From the NCBI RefSeq assembly GCF_009914755.1, contig NC_060927.1: 64,000 bases of DNA; one strand, written 5' to 3'. This document shows positions 1-15,656 of the stretch, piece after piece; the stretch's first letter is position 1; the number at the start of each line of letters is the position of its first letter. The notes below the pieces were generated by a model. That model had not been told where the DNA came from, made no database searches, and saw nothing but the letters and a program-made list of their open reading frames with translations. The position numbers and the translations under genes were made by a program. This DNA is from the human T2T-CHM13v2.0 reference genome, Homo sapiens.

Positions 1-130
1 CCAGCTACTTGGGAGGATGAAGCAGCAGGATTGCTTGAGTCCAAGAATTCCAGGCTACACTGAGCTATGATTGCACAACTACACTCCAGCCTTGGAAAAA
101 GAGTGAGACCTCATCCCCAAAACAAGAAAA
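1..130 (+). mobile_element. AluJ right arm (cut by window edge)
   Basis: CCAGCTACTTGGGAGG...CACTCCAGCC...GAGTGAGACC. Confidence 0.85.
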
Positions 131-279
131 ATTTTCTGCTCATATTGCCCTTCCTCTAGTCAACTAAAAATAAGAGATCTTTACTGAAGAGAACATAGTA
201 GGCATGTAATTATGACAGTGAGAGATCACTATGTAGGGAATGCTTAAACCATAGGAAACAAGTCCTGTTTTGCTCCATA

Positions 280-490
280 TGCTTGAACCCTGACTCTATC
301 ATATACTAGCTGTGTGGCCTTGGGCAAATGACTTAACCCCTCTGAGCCTCTGCTTCCTCAGCCATAAAATGAGACTAATAGGCAGCATCTGTATCCTACG
401 CTGATTGTGAGGAATCAATGAGAAAAGCCTGCAAATGCTTGCCCGAGTGCCTGGCATATGGTAAGGGCTCGATAAATGTTAGCTATTGTC
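280..490 (+). mobile_element. MIR
   Basis: MIR core: CTAGCTGTGTGGCCTTGGGCAAATGACTTAACCCCTCTGAGCCTC...GTGCCTGGCATATGGTAAG. Confidence 0.85.
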
Positions 491-588
491 ATAGTGAATG
501 TTATTTTCACTTCTCTACAAAGAGCGCCCCACGTATCTTCAGAAATGACTTCTCAGTGCATCACATACACTCTTACAATAACCAGTGA

Positions 589-625
589 GAGGCAGATTTA
601 TTGTAAAGTCCTTTTTTTAAAGAGG

Positions 626-662
<37 letters not shown>

Positions 663-699
663 TAAGCATCAGGCCCCACAAAACCTGGATCCTTCCCTG
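589..699 (+). mobile_element. Internally deleted ORSL-like element containing (AC)16
   Basis: GGCAGATTTATTGTAAAG ... TAAGCATCAGGCCCCACAAAACCTGGATCCTTCCCTG; (AC)n at 629-660. Confidence 0.5.
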
Positions 700-706
700 A
701 TCATAG

Positions 707-1750
<1,044 letters not shown>

Positions 1751-1789
1751 CCATTCTTGTTCTAGGGAATCGCGACAGATGCTGATGCA

Positions 1790-2070
1790 TCCTTTTGTCC
1801 TTTTTAACAGAACTCAACACGTTCCCAAGTTGCAATTCAACATTCTTACCTTCCCAGACCCCCTGTAGCTACAGAGCTTCAGTTCTGGCCAAATATGTAA
1901 ACAGAAATCTGCTGGGATTCCTGAAAGACTTTGTTTTCCTGATACAGTGCAGGCCTTCCCTTCTCCTTCCTTCTTCCTGCTGGAACGTGGACATGAGGGC
2001 AGGAGATGAGCAGCCATAGTGCAAACATAAGGCAAAGCCTCACCAAGGGGATGGCGGAGTGAAAAGAAGG
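1790..2070 (+). mobile_element. Old ERVL-type LTR remnant (LTR16/LTR33-like)
   Basis: TTCTTCCTGCTGGAACGTGGACATGAGGGCAGGAGATGAGCAGCCAT motif. Confidence 0.45.
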
Positions 2071-2111
2071 CTTGAACTGTAGCCAACTGAATTATTTAGG
2101 TGCCAAATTAA

Positions 2112-2527
<416 letters not shown>

Positions 2528-2720
2528 GACATAGTTTTTTTAAAAAAACTTTTACTATAAGGATGAAGTATCATTAGTCAGTAGTATCAGTTCTTAAGTA
2601 TCAGCAGTCAGAAGAACCAAATTGGAAGATGGAATATGCATTCACACAATTTCTGAGTGCTTATTAAGGGTAGAATAATGGTAATAATAAAATATAGTAC
2701 TCAAAATGCACTTATTATAT

Positions 2721-3393
<673 letters not shown>

Positions 3394-3449
3394 GAAGTTC
3401 TATTTCTATCCCCATATTAGATGAGGAAGCTCCTTAAAAAGAAATTAAA

Positions 3450-3752
<303 letters not shown>

Positions 3753-3862
3753 GTTAAATAACTTGCCAATATCACCAAGCTCATGAGTGACTGAGCTAGG
3801 ACCTGACTCCAGGCAGGCTGGCACCTAAGGCTGTGAGCTTAGCACTACAGGGTATGAGTCCA

Positions 3863-4343
3863 TGTGGTGGGCTGAATAATGGCCCCCAAAAGATGTCCCC
3901 ATCCTAATTCCCAAAACCTAAGACTTTTTTACCTTACATGGCAGAAGGCATTTTGCAGATCTGATTATGTTAAGGATCTTGAGATGGGGTGTATCGTGGA
4001 TTCTCCAGGTGGGCCCAATGTGGTCAAAAGGGACCCTCTGACAGGGAAGCAAGAAGGTCCGAGCAGTAGTAGGAGATGTGATCATGGAAGCAGAGGTCAG
4101 AGTCATGCCAGGAAGGGGCCAGGAGCCAAGGAATGCAGGCTGCCTCTAGAAGCTGGAAAAGCCAGGAAACCGATCCTTCCCTATGGCCTCCAGAAGGAGC
4201 CAAGCCTGCTGGCATCTGGACTCCAGCCCAGTGAGACTGCATGGAGACTTCTGATCTCCAGAACTGTAAAATGATCAATGTGTGTTGTTTGAAATTGCCA
4301 GATTTGTGGTAATTTGTTACAGCAGCCATTGGAAACTACCACA
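3863..4343 (+). mobile_element. MaLR solo LTR (MLT1C/D)
   Basis: TGTGGTGGGCTGAATAATGGCCCCCAAAAGATGTCC ... GTAATTTGTTACAGCAGCCATTGGAAACTACCACA. 5-bp TSD GTCCA/GTCAA. Confidence 0.88.
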
Positions 4344-5009
4344 GTCAATGACCCTGACCCCAGTCCTTGCCCTCAAGGAGCTCATTCATCCAGAGGGAGG
4401 CAGAGAAGCTACCACCTGCTCCTAAAGACTGGATGGAATATGGGCCCCAGCCGTGCCCAGTGAGGTGCTGTGCGAACCTGAGGGAAGGTGTTCGGTCCAC
4501 ACACACAGGACCCTGACCTTCCCAGCAGAATGTCCTTGTCAGCCACAACTGGTTACAAAACCCAGGGAGATAATGACAGTCTGGAGCCACTTATTTGCAG
4601 ATGTTTCAGTGGATTCATTTTCTAATAGATCCGCCCTGATAACGTGTCCACATTTGCAAGAGACAAAAAGCTGGCAAGGGAGACAGCAACACCCTCGGGG
4701 CTTCCTTCCTGGAATCCTTCAGTGGCTCGTCTGCATTTACCAGCCAGGTTTTCCTTCTGTTCTCTTCAGTTCCTCACCGCACCTTCAGACAGCTGATGCC
4801 CGACATTTCCTTTCTGTCTGGCCAAGGCCAGGCACATAAGCAGATTATTCTCATGTAAGAGAGGCAGCAGCATCTTCAATCTACAGATCCCCTTTCAAGT
4901 AAACTGGCCCCAGCATGCACTGATCTTAAACAACATGTCACAGAGTCTTACCCCAGCTTGTCCAAGCAAACTGAGATTTCATTACATGCCTAGACAATAA
5001 TAGTTTATG

Positions 5010-5314
5010 CAGCCGGCGCAGTGGCTCATGCCTGTAATCCAGCACTTTGGAAGGCTGAGGCGGGAGGATTGCTTGAGGCAAGGAGTTCAAGACCAGCCTA
5101 GGCAACATAGTGAGACCCTGTCTCCGTTCTAAAAATTAGCCAGGCATGGTGCTATACACCTGTAGTCCCAGCTACTCAGGAGGCTGAGACAGGTGGATCA
5201 CTTGAGCCCAGGAGTTTGAGGCTGCAGTGAGCTGAGATTGTGCCACTGCAGTCCAGCCTGAGTGACAGAGCAAGACTCCATTTTAAAAATAAATAAATAA
5301 ATATATATATATAT
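5010..5314 (+). mobile_element. AluJ
   Basis: GGAGGATTGCTTGAGG diagnostic; tail (AAAT)n(AT)n. Confidence 0.9.
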
Positions 5315-5544
5315 AGCTCTGTAATCCCTGAAATAAATGGAGGTACAAAAAAGGAAAGTCTTCCTCTTTATAGATGTTTTCTTAGAATCTGCAAGGGATC
5401 TCAGCCCTTGCTAAAATGTAGACTATAAGGCCAAAATTATAAGCTACAATGATTCTACTAGGCACCTCCTAGGTGAACAACAGCTTCAGAATTTGAGAGA
5501 TTTGAGAGATGGGAATGGGAACGTCCAGGAATAGCTAAAAGAAA

Positions 5545-5720
5545 TGACAGCATTTATTGAGTACTTAATCTTATCATAATACTTACCATAATACTACATC
5601 CTAGGTACTAACATTTATCCCCTTTTACAGATGAGGAAATTGAGGCACAGAGCATAAAGTAGCTTGCCCACGAACCACAGTTAGTAAGTAGTGGAGCAGA
5701 ATGAGAGCCCAGGGAGGCAA
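5545..5720 (-). mobile_element. MIR
   Basis: TTTTACAGATGAGGAAATTGAGGCACAGAG core. Confidence 0.8.
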
Positions 5721-7335
5721 ACTCAACAGTAGAAATGTCTGTGGCAACCCATCTCAGTGCCACCTGTCCCCACTGCCACACAGTCAAATCAAACAAGGGA
5801 GAAAGGAGTGTTGCCAATGAGAACTGGATTTTTTTGTGCAACGGGGCAATCTCAACATGAATCACAGACTCACTGGAAGTCCTCTAAACAAGCCTAGCAT
5901 TTCAGTTGCTGTGACAGCCTGCCCATCCTGCTCCCTATCGGGAGGGGTTCCTGCCATCTCTGTCTATAGACCTCACTCATCCATGTCTGGCGCTGAGGGT
6001 CAGGACCTGGAGCTGTAAACTGGGTCCTTGAAGGAGTGACGGCATCACTTCCATAAAGCTCCGTTCTCTAATATGTAAAAAGCAGAGAATAATGTTTGCT
6101 GGGCACCCGGCAGAGGGCCTCCCTTCTGTACCATAACTCAGCATAGAAAGGGAAGGTTACATGCCCTGGAACAAAAATACCCCTCAGATTTGCCAAACGC
6201 TTTCTAGTGTTCAAAGTTTTTTACGTACGCGATCTCCTCTGGGATAAATCAATATTATTTCTTGTTAGGATATGATGAGCACCTATTAGAAGTGACAAAC
6301 GCATATGACAACATACAGCCTTCAAGCCTATAATTAACTTACCTGTAACACTGCACCCACATAAAGCCTGATGGCCCCATAACTGTAAATAAAGCTATCC
6401 CTAGCACCTGGCACACAGTTGGTGGCTTAATCAATGTTGAATGAATATTGGATAACCAGGAACCACTTTTAATAGGATCTGCCATGTTCCCTGTTCCCTG
6501 GAGCCACATAAAGCAAGTGTATATATAGAAACCATCCCAGTCATGCATTAAAGTAACGTGAGAGCAAATCACTGAGAAGCCAAGTTCTGCCACACCTGCC
6601 AGGGGAGCTCCCAGCTGTCGATGCCAATGACCAGCGTGAGGTATCTGGAGAACCACTACACCGACAAGATAGATTTCAGTTGTTTTCAAACAAGCCATCA
6701 AAGTGGCTAATGGCTTCCCTCAAAGAAACCCCACACCTTCAGCCAACAGACAAGGAACTCATTAGGCGGAGCTCCCCGCTCCGATCTCCACTGTCCACAA
6801 GCTTCTTCCAAGCCGTTAGGAAAACAGCTCCCCAGAGCCCACATGCTGACAGGCAGCATCCGGGGTGATCAGATTTCTATCAGTAAAGACACATGGCATT
6901 TCTCTCTGGCTCCAGTTCAGAATCTCACCCCACCCACCCCCAACAGGCAGATCGTAGCTTTTCATAGGTCCTAAATAATCCGGCCTTTAAGAAAATGCTC
7001 GTGTATCAGTGACACACACAACATCACCAACACAGTCACTCGTTCAATGTGCTGCCTGCTCTCGACACCCCCCCAAACACGGTCACACTTTCTCATGCCC
7101 GCCTGGAAATCCATCTCCATCAGAACCAATGAACCAGCATCTCCCTTGGGCCCTAAGCGCCACAGGAGTCTCCCTCCTGACATTCAGAGAACAACCCTCC
7201 CTGGCTGAGTTTTCCCAAAGCTGGATGGCACAACCCTGCTTAGGGATCTTTAAGCCCAAAACTCCTGACCCAACATCCAAGTGATATTCCACTGACACAC
7301 GGTGAGAATTTGGGCTGCTGGTTCTGCCCGTGGAG

Positions 7336-7354
7336 GGGCCACAGGGGGCGCTCC
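7336..7354 (+). promoter_or_regulatory. Candidate CTCF motif
   Basis: GGGCCACAGGGGGCGCTCC contains the CAGGGGGCGC core; the 5' half is imperfect. Confidence 0.4.
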
Positions 7355-7495
7355 TGGGGCGATGGTCACACTGTGCTCCTCACTCTGGGTGCTGACTATT
7401 AAGGTGTGCTCAGCATGTGAAACCCAGCAAGGTGTACAGTTACTTGTGCACTTTTGTTTTTATGTTATTCATCCATAAAGAATTAATAAATAAGG

Positions 7496-7506
7496 TGCTG
7501 ACTCAC
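7496..7506 (+). promoter_or_regulatory. NF-E2/MARE (AP-1-containing) motif
   Basis: TGCTGACTCAC matches the NF-E2 consensus TGCTGA(G/C)TCA(T/C). Motif only; no functional evidence. Confidence 0.4.
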
Positions 7507-8763
7507 ATGAATTCTCAGTTTGTTCTGGAATCTTAGGAGTCGAAGGTGGGGGGGTCAATAACACCATACTTCAGCCACATAAATCAGACTTTCTCAATAG
7601 CCTGAAAAACCAGTTGTTCCTGCCATTGATTGCGCTGGTTCCAGAAACACCTCCAACAGCCCTGAAGGAAAGACAGCCATGAAACAGTCACCACTGCACG
7701 TGCCTTCTGCTGAGGCTGAGCTGGAATTGATTTTGTTTATTCCAAAATCAGGCTTGGAAAGTGAGAATTTGGTCTTCCAGGTGAAAACAGGCAGGCATCT
7801 TGGTTTTCTGCAGAACCTCCTATTTTTAAAATTGGGTTGCTCACAGGGGATGGATGCTTTGACCCGAACACACAATGTTTTTCAAAAACAGAGGCCATGC
7901 CTGCAGTGTTGCGCCCGCCCCTCCACATTTACCACCACACTCAGCCTCTTCCTAGCCGACCAGGGACGGGTGAGTTCCGGGAACTCTGCTGCTCATGAGT
8001 CACCCTCCAGGGGCCTGACAACTGCTCCTGGATCCTGATCAGTTTTCTTCAAGAGACTGGCTTTGGTGTTTAGGGCTCACGCTGCAATAGCTTGCAAAAA
8101 TAAAACTTCTCTCCTTATTACGAGCAGAGTGAGCAAGCACATGAGAACACAAGAATCAAACCCTGCCCCTCTCCTCCTGCATAACAGGAAACATTCATTT
8201 CTGAGCCCCTAGGTCAGGCTATCATTTGGCAGCTCAACTATTTTAGCAAAGGCAAGTTTCTCATCACCTTTTCCCGGCAGGGCTGCTTAGCTGGGCACCT
8301 TGGGTTTGTGCCATGGTCCAGGGGCAGTCTGGACTTTCCTGGCCACAGGACAAAGCTGGATTGGCCTAACACCACGAGAATTTTTCTAGCCTGCTTTGTG
8401 CTCTGCTGAGATCTCCAAAATATATTAACCGTGTAGATCCTTGGGCAGAAAATTCTCTGTTGAGCCACGCTGCATGTACTTTCCTAGAACAGATCAAACT
8501 TCAGCAAAATTAAATCTGTGAGCTTTTCAGTATGATTAATCCCTAGGAGGTGGCCCTGCCAAGAATAGCCTTGTCTGGAAACGTGTGAGCCTTTTTGGCT
8601 CAACCGAGAACGAAGACCACGCTCACGCTTCCTGGGGCTCCTGTGGTCACTCTGCTAGCTCCACAGAGCAGTTTGGATGACCCCTTTACCTGCAATAAAA
8701 CTCCACGTAACAGCCCGCTTGCCAAACAGAAACACACTGTCTGGATGGAATTGGAAGAAATAG

Positions 8764-9139
<376 letters not shown>

Positions 9140-10433
9140 TAGGGGCACAAGCACAGCATCTCTCAAGTCCCTTGCAAGCTGGTGGATTTTCAATTCCAGC
9201 TCAAAAATATATTTAAAAGAATTTTTTTCAATGAATTGCCAACATTTCAAAGTCCAGATGGCTCTCATGAGAATTGGGAAGTTTTACATTAAGATTCCAA
9301 TTTCTACATGATCTTGGGAAATTGGCAGATCTGGCCCCATGGGCTAGCATTCTCAACAGGAGGCAGGAACCAGGATGGGCCATGAGTTCCTGGGAAACAG
9401 AATGCATGGCCCAAGCCATTGCTCTCATTTTCATGATGGGCTGGCCCTGTGAGCCTCAAGTTTGAGGCTCCCATTCTGAGGTCCGGCTCCTCCCCACCCC
9501 TGCCCTTTAACATATTGCTTAAACTTTTTCACTTTTCATTTCAGCTGAACGCTCAAGAATGAACTATGAAATCAAAATTTTTTATTTAAAAAAAATAGTA
9601 CCAAAAAATCTGTTAAGTGGAGATCCACCAACTTGGGGCCTATCCCCCAGCCTGCCTGCAATTCTGACACTGCTCATGCAAGGAACCTAGAGCTACTTCT
9701 AAAGTTCCCTGGACCCTCTGACCTCTATGGGCTGTCTCGCACAACCCGCCACCCCTTATCCCAGTCCCTCAGCCCCTCAGCCAAGAATCCATGTTTGGGA
9801 CCCATGACAGTGAGGCTAGAGGCGGGTGGATCTCTGAGCGGGGTGGTAGCTACATCTGCATTTTATCAGCCTGCTGGACAGGCCAGGATGTGAAGGGTGG
9901 CTGCAGGCCTGCCAAGTTGCTGGAGGAGATTAAACAAAAAGTGAGCCACACTGCTGCGGGAAACAAATGAGAGTGCGTGGAGAAGACTCCCAGCACACCC
10001 AGTGTGTGTCTGTGTGATGGAATGCCAGGGTAAGAAGATGGGACCTTGTTCCACATCTCTTTAAAGGAACCACACAAGCCAAGAGACACAGGATGGAATC
10101 TCAGTTCTCAAACCAGCCCATCTCATTGGAGGTGGTAATAATAATCATGTTATGATTAATTAATAATAATAATAGTGAGCAGCAACACAGCATGACAGCT
10201 AACATTTAGTAAGCTCTTACTCTGTGCAAAGCATGGGTATTCTCGTCATACCCATTTTAAAGATGATGAAACAGAGGCACAGCAAGGCCATGAACTCAAA
10301 CAAAGTCACACCGCAGCAAGTGGTGGAGCAGGAACTGGACCACAGGCAGCTGCCTTCTGAGCCCGGGCTTCTGACCTCAGGGCTTTCTCCTGTCTCTTTT
10401 TAACATGCAGGCGCCACAGCACACATACCTTAG

Positions 10434-10816
<383 letters not shown>

Positions 10817-11690
10817 TTACATGTGCACTCCTCTATATGTGACAACTATGTACATTGACATCTACATACACAGGTTATTTTACAGGGTTGTACATACAAA
10901 ACTATGCATGGTTTGGAGGATTTATGCATTTTGAAGATTAATTTTGACTATCTATAACCTGTACCTGACATGCCAACTTTAGGTGTGTAAAACTCCACTG
11001 TTCACAGTCAAAGTGTCTGCCTCCTCAGAGCCCTGACTCCCAAGGAGCCCACCATGGAGAACCAAGGACCCCAGTGTTCATGGAAAGGCCTGAATCATGG
11101 GGAGACTAATCTTGAAAAATAGACTTGGGCTGTTTTACAAAATACACTTTACCCCAAGGAAGAGACATTTGGACCCTTGTTCATCGTCTGCTCACTCCTA
11201 ATTTACACACACTCCACTAAGCTTAGAAAGAAAGATTAAAAGCAGCAAAATTTGAAGAAAGAAATGAGCCAAACACAAAAGGGTGTTAACAGGTGGCACA
11301 GGAATCTCCAGGAGGGAGACCAAAAGGAAATTGCAAAGCAGACCCAAAGTAGACTTTAGTATGAGGGGAAATGCTCCCGCCCGCTTCCATAGTTAGTGGG
11401 AGCACCCCTGCGTGTAGGAGCTATGATGAACATGCAACCGGCGAGGGAAAATCGGAGGGAAGGTGAAACTGGGACCGGAATGCAGCCTAATGAAGAAACA
11501 GAAGCACAGTTGATGAAAACAAAGACGTTTTTGGCACAAGGAGGCAAAGTTAAACCGCCTGGAACTTACAGGAACATGATGGTGCTAAGCACATGATCTA
11601 AAACAACGATTTCACCTTTTTTCTGCCCTAGCGGTGAACTCCCTAAAGATTTCCCACGGGGCACACTGATGACAGCAATCCAAGTTGGAT

Positions 11691-11958
11691 AGAGTTGCTC
11701 TCAATCCCCACTGCCCACATTCAAATATATACGTCTCCTCTTTTGCCTTTCCACAGGACATATGGCAATGTCTGGAGATATTTTCTTTTGTTACAAGGGA
11801 GTGGGGTGAGGTGGGTGCTACTGGAATCTAGTGGGGAGAGGCCAGGGATGCTGCTGAACATCCTCCAATGCACAGGACAGCCCCCCACCTTCCCCCGCCA
11901 CCCACAGCAAAGAATTCTCCAACCCAAGGATTCAATAGTGTCAAGGTTGAGAAATCCT
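11691..11958 (+). mobile_element. MER20 (hAT-Charlie non-autonomous DNA transposon)
   Basis: GGCAATGTCTGGAGATATTTT...GAGGCCAGGGATGCTGCTGAACATCCTCCAATGCACAGGACAGCCCC...GTCAAGGTTGAGAAATCCT. Confidence 0.85.
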
Positions 11959-12560
11959 AATCTAAACCAGAGCAAAGGCAGCAGGTATGGATTTGACACC
12001 AGAAAGAAAGGTGTCCTAATACTATCACTTATTTACCTGCTGTGTGACCTGAAACTTTGGTCTCCTCATCTGTACAAGGAGATAATCACTCCCAATCCCT
12101 TACAGCTATGCTGAGGATTCATGAGACCTGGCTTTTGAAAGTATTTTATCACTGCAGGCCTCACTCCATCTTCACTGCTTCCCAGTGCTCGCAGGGCCTC
12201 TGATTTGCACTATGAGGAAGGAAGAAGGTGGTGGTGAGGAGAAGCGGTGGGGTCTGGTTAGGTGGAAGAATGGTCAGCACTGACTGGCCCTGGGTCCTGG
12301 GTGGTCCTTGCTGAGGATTCAGACTCCCTCATAGGATACTCAAGAGGGACATGTGCCTTCTGAGGGAACTTGAGGGGCTGCTCCCAACAAGCTGTGCCAA
12401 GAAGACTGAGGTTGAGTATGAAATGGGGTCTACAGGAGATGGCCTCGTGACCTGCCTCAAAACCCAAGAGCCACTACCATTATTACAACAATGCAATCAC
12501 AATAACAATATTAAGAATGGCCAACATTCATTCAGCACTTAAATCTGTACCTGGTCGTGA

Positions 12561-12883
<323 letters not shown>

Positions 12884-13035
12884 ACTCTTTGTAGTTTATC
12901 AATTTAATCCTCACAACTGACATAGAAGGTGGGTAGAATGATTATCACCATTTGACAAGTGAACTAAAGTCACTTACTCAAGGTCTCACAGTTCAGCCAG
13001 AACTAGGTTTTGCACCCAGGATTCTGATGCCATAG

Positions 13036-14663
13036 TGAGAGGTGACAGTGTGCTGGCAGCCGTTGCTCGCTCTTGGTGCCTCCTCAGCCTTGGCGCCCAC
13101 TCTGGCCACACTTGAGGAGCCCTTCAGCCCGCCGCTGCACTGTGGGAACCCATCTCTGGGCTGGCCGAGGTGAAGCTGGCTCCCTCTGCTTGCAGAGGGA
13201 TGTGGAGGGAGAAGCATGGGCAGGAACCGGGGCTGCGCACGGGCTCGCAGGCCAGCGTGAATTCCGGGTGGGTGCGGGCTTGGCAGGCCCTGCACTCCTG
13301 CTGGCCCTGGGCAGTGAGGGGCTTAGCACCCGGGCCAGGCTGCGGAGGGTGCACCGGATCCCCCAGCACTGCCGGCCGGCCTGCCCGCGCCACACTCGAA
13401 TTCTCGCTGGGCCTCAGCTGCCTCCCCGCTGGGCAGGGCTTGGGACCTCCAGCCCGCCATGCCTGAGCCCCCCGCCCTGGCGGTGGGCTCCTGTGTCGCC
13501 AGAGCCTCCCAGACAGGCACTGCCCCCTGCTCCATGGTGCCCATCCCATCGACGGCCCAAGGGCTGAGGAGTACAGGCATGCGGTGTGGGACTGGTAGGC
13601 AGCTCAGCCCCCGGCCCTGGCATGGGATCCACTAGGCGAAGCCAGCTGGGCTCCTGAGTCCAGTAGGGGCTTGGAGAACTTTTTATGTCTAGCTGGAGGA
13701 TTGTATATGCACCAATCAGCACTTTGTGTCTAGCTTGGGGTTTGTGGATGCACCAATCAGCACTCTGTATCTAGCTAATCTGGTGGTGACTTGGAGAACT
13801 TTTATGTCTAGCTAGAGGATTGTAAATGCACCAATCAGCATTCTGTGTCTAGCTAAAGGTTTATAAATGCACCAATCAGTTCTCCGTGGCTAGCTAATCT
13901 GGTGGGGACTTGGAGAACTTTTGTGTCTAGCTGGAGGATTGTAAATGCACCAATCAGCACCCTGTGTCTAGCTCAAGGTTTGTAAATGCACCAATCAGTG
14001 CTCTGTGTCTAGCTAATCTAGTGGAGACTTGGAGAACTTTTGTGTCTAGCTAAAAGATTGTAAATGCACCAATCAGCACTCGGTGTCTAGCTCAGGGATT
14101 GTAAACATACCAATCAGCACCCTGTCAAAACGGACCAATCAGCTCTCTGTAAAATGGACCAATCAGCTCTCTGTAAAATGGACCAATCAGCAGGATGTGG
14201 GTGGGGCCAGATAAGGGAATAAAAGCAGGCTGCCGGAGCCAGCAGCGGCAACTCTTTGGGTCAATTTCCAGTCTGGGGAAGTTTTGTTCCTCTGCTCTTT
14301 GCAATAAATCTTGCTGCTGCTCACTCTTTGGATCTGCACTGCCTTTATGAGCTGTAACACTCAGCGCGAAGGTCTGGAGCTTCACTCTTAAAGCCAGCGA
14401 GACCACGAACCCGCCAGGGGGAACGAACAACTCCAGACGTGACCCCTTAAGAGCTGTAACACTCAGCGGGAAGGTTTGCAGCTTCACTCTTGAAGCCAGC
14501 AAGACCACGAACCCACCAGAAGAAAAAAACTCCAAACACGTCTGAATATCCGAAGGAACAAACTCCGGACACACCATCTTTAAGAACTGTAACACGCACT
14601 GTGAGGGTCCGCGGCTTCATTCTTGAAGTCAGTGAGATCAAGAACACACCGATTCTGGACACA
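13036..14663 (+). mobile_element. Solo ERV9 LTR (LTR12, LTR12C/D-like)
   Basis: Starts TGAGAGGTGACAGTGTGCTGG and ends ATTCTGGACACA. 4-bp TSD ATAG (13032-13035 / 14664-14667). GC-rich U3, tandem CCAAT repeats, U5 repeats (GAGCTGTAACACTCA). Confidence 0.95.
13670..14225 (+). promoter_or_regulatory. LTR12 U3 enhancer/promoter: 11 CCAAT (NF-Y) boxes, GATA site, AATAAAA TATA-equivalent
   Basis: Counted 11 ACCAATCAG motifs between ~13711 and ~14190, eight of them in ~120-bp higher-order units. AGATAA ~14209 and AATAAAA ~14218. Standard ERV9 LTR architecture. Confidence 0.8.
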
Positions 14664-15009
14664 ATAGTGCATAGCCTTAACCACTACAGCACCTTCCTTC
14701 CAAACCACGCCCCTTCCATCACCACCCCTGTTCATCACAACCTGGACTCCCATATTCCAGAAGAAAGCAGGACATCGAGCCAAATATGTGGTATAATTCT
14801 ATTAAAATATTTACTGTGCATATGCGTACCAATGCAAGAAGGAAATTTCTCACAATACTCACTGATTAACAGTATTTAATGATCAGCAGAATTAGAAAAC
14901 TATATTTCTTTATAGTTTTCTAAACTTTTCAGTTTTTTTACAATAAACAGATTAACAGTTAACATAGAAAGTAAAATTACAAAAGCAAATATTTATAAAG
15001 CTTGTTAAC

Positions 15010-15310
15010 TTTTTTTTTTTTTTTGAGACAGAGTCTCGCTGTGTCACCCAGGCTGGAGTGCAGTGGCGTGATGTCAGCTCACCACAAGCTCCACCTCCCA
15101 GGCTCAGGCCATTGTCCTGCCTCAGCCTCCTGAGTAGCTGGGACTACAGGCGCCCGCCACTGCACTTGGCTAATTTATTTTTTTGTATTTTTACTAGTCA
15201 CGGGGTTTCACCGTGTTAGCCAGGATGGTCTCGATCTCCTGACCTCGTGATCCTCCCGCCTCGGCCTCCCAAAGTGCTGGGACTACAGGCGTGAGCCACT
15301 GTGCCCGGCC
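15010..15310 (-). mobile_element. AluY
   Basis: TSD AAAGCTTGTTAACTTTTTT. Confidence 0.92.
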
Positions 15311-15393
15311 AAAGCTTGTTAACTTTTTTCATGTACTTTTTTTTTTTTTTTAGCAAAAGTCTGCCAACAACCTGAAATTATTAATTGTCTAAA

Positions 15394-15535
15394 CCAGAGG
15401 TTGGCAAACTAGGGCCTGAGGGCCAAATCCAGCCGTCTGCCAGTTTACATAACGTTTTACTGGTATACAGCCACGCTCATTCACTTATGTAAATGACTAG
15501 GACTGCTTTTGGCTACAACTGAGTTAAGTAGCCAC
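15394..15535 (+). mobile_element. MER58A partial (hAT-Charlie)
   Basis: CAGAGGTTGGCAAACTAGGGCCTGAGGGCCAAATCCAGCC...CAGCCACGCTCATTCACTTATG. Confidence 0.75.
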
Positions 15536-15656
15536 CTGCAGACACATGGTAACACTATACCCCGTTTCTAATCTGACCTAGAGATAAACTTCTTACTCTC
15601 CTACCTCTAAACCTTCCCTCACAACATGTCTCTACTTGTTTTGCTACAGCCCAAAA

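Noticed and set aside
13670-14190. Regularly spaced repeats resembling a CRISPR array
   Set aside because: The 'spacers' are themselves repeated. These are LTR12 enhancer repeats in a eukaryotic genome, with no cas genes.
12993-14879. Dense overlapping ORFs and CpG-island-like composition
   Set aside because: Explained by the GC-rich U3 and the U5 repeats of LTR12.
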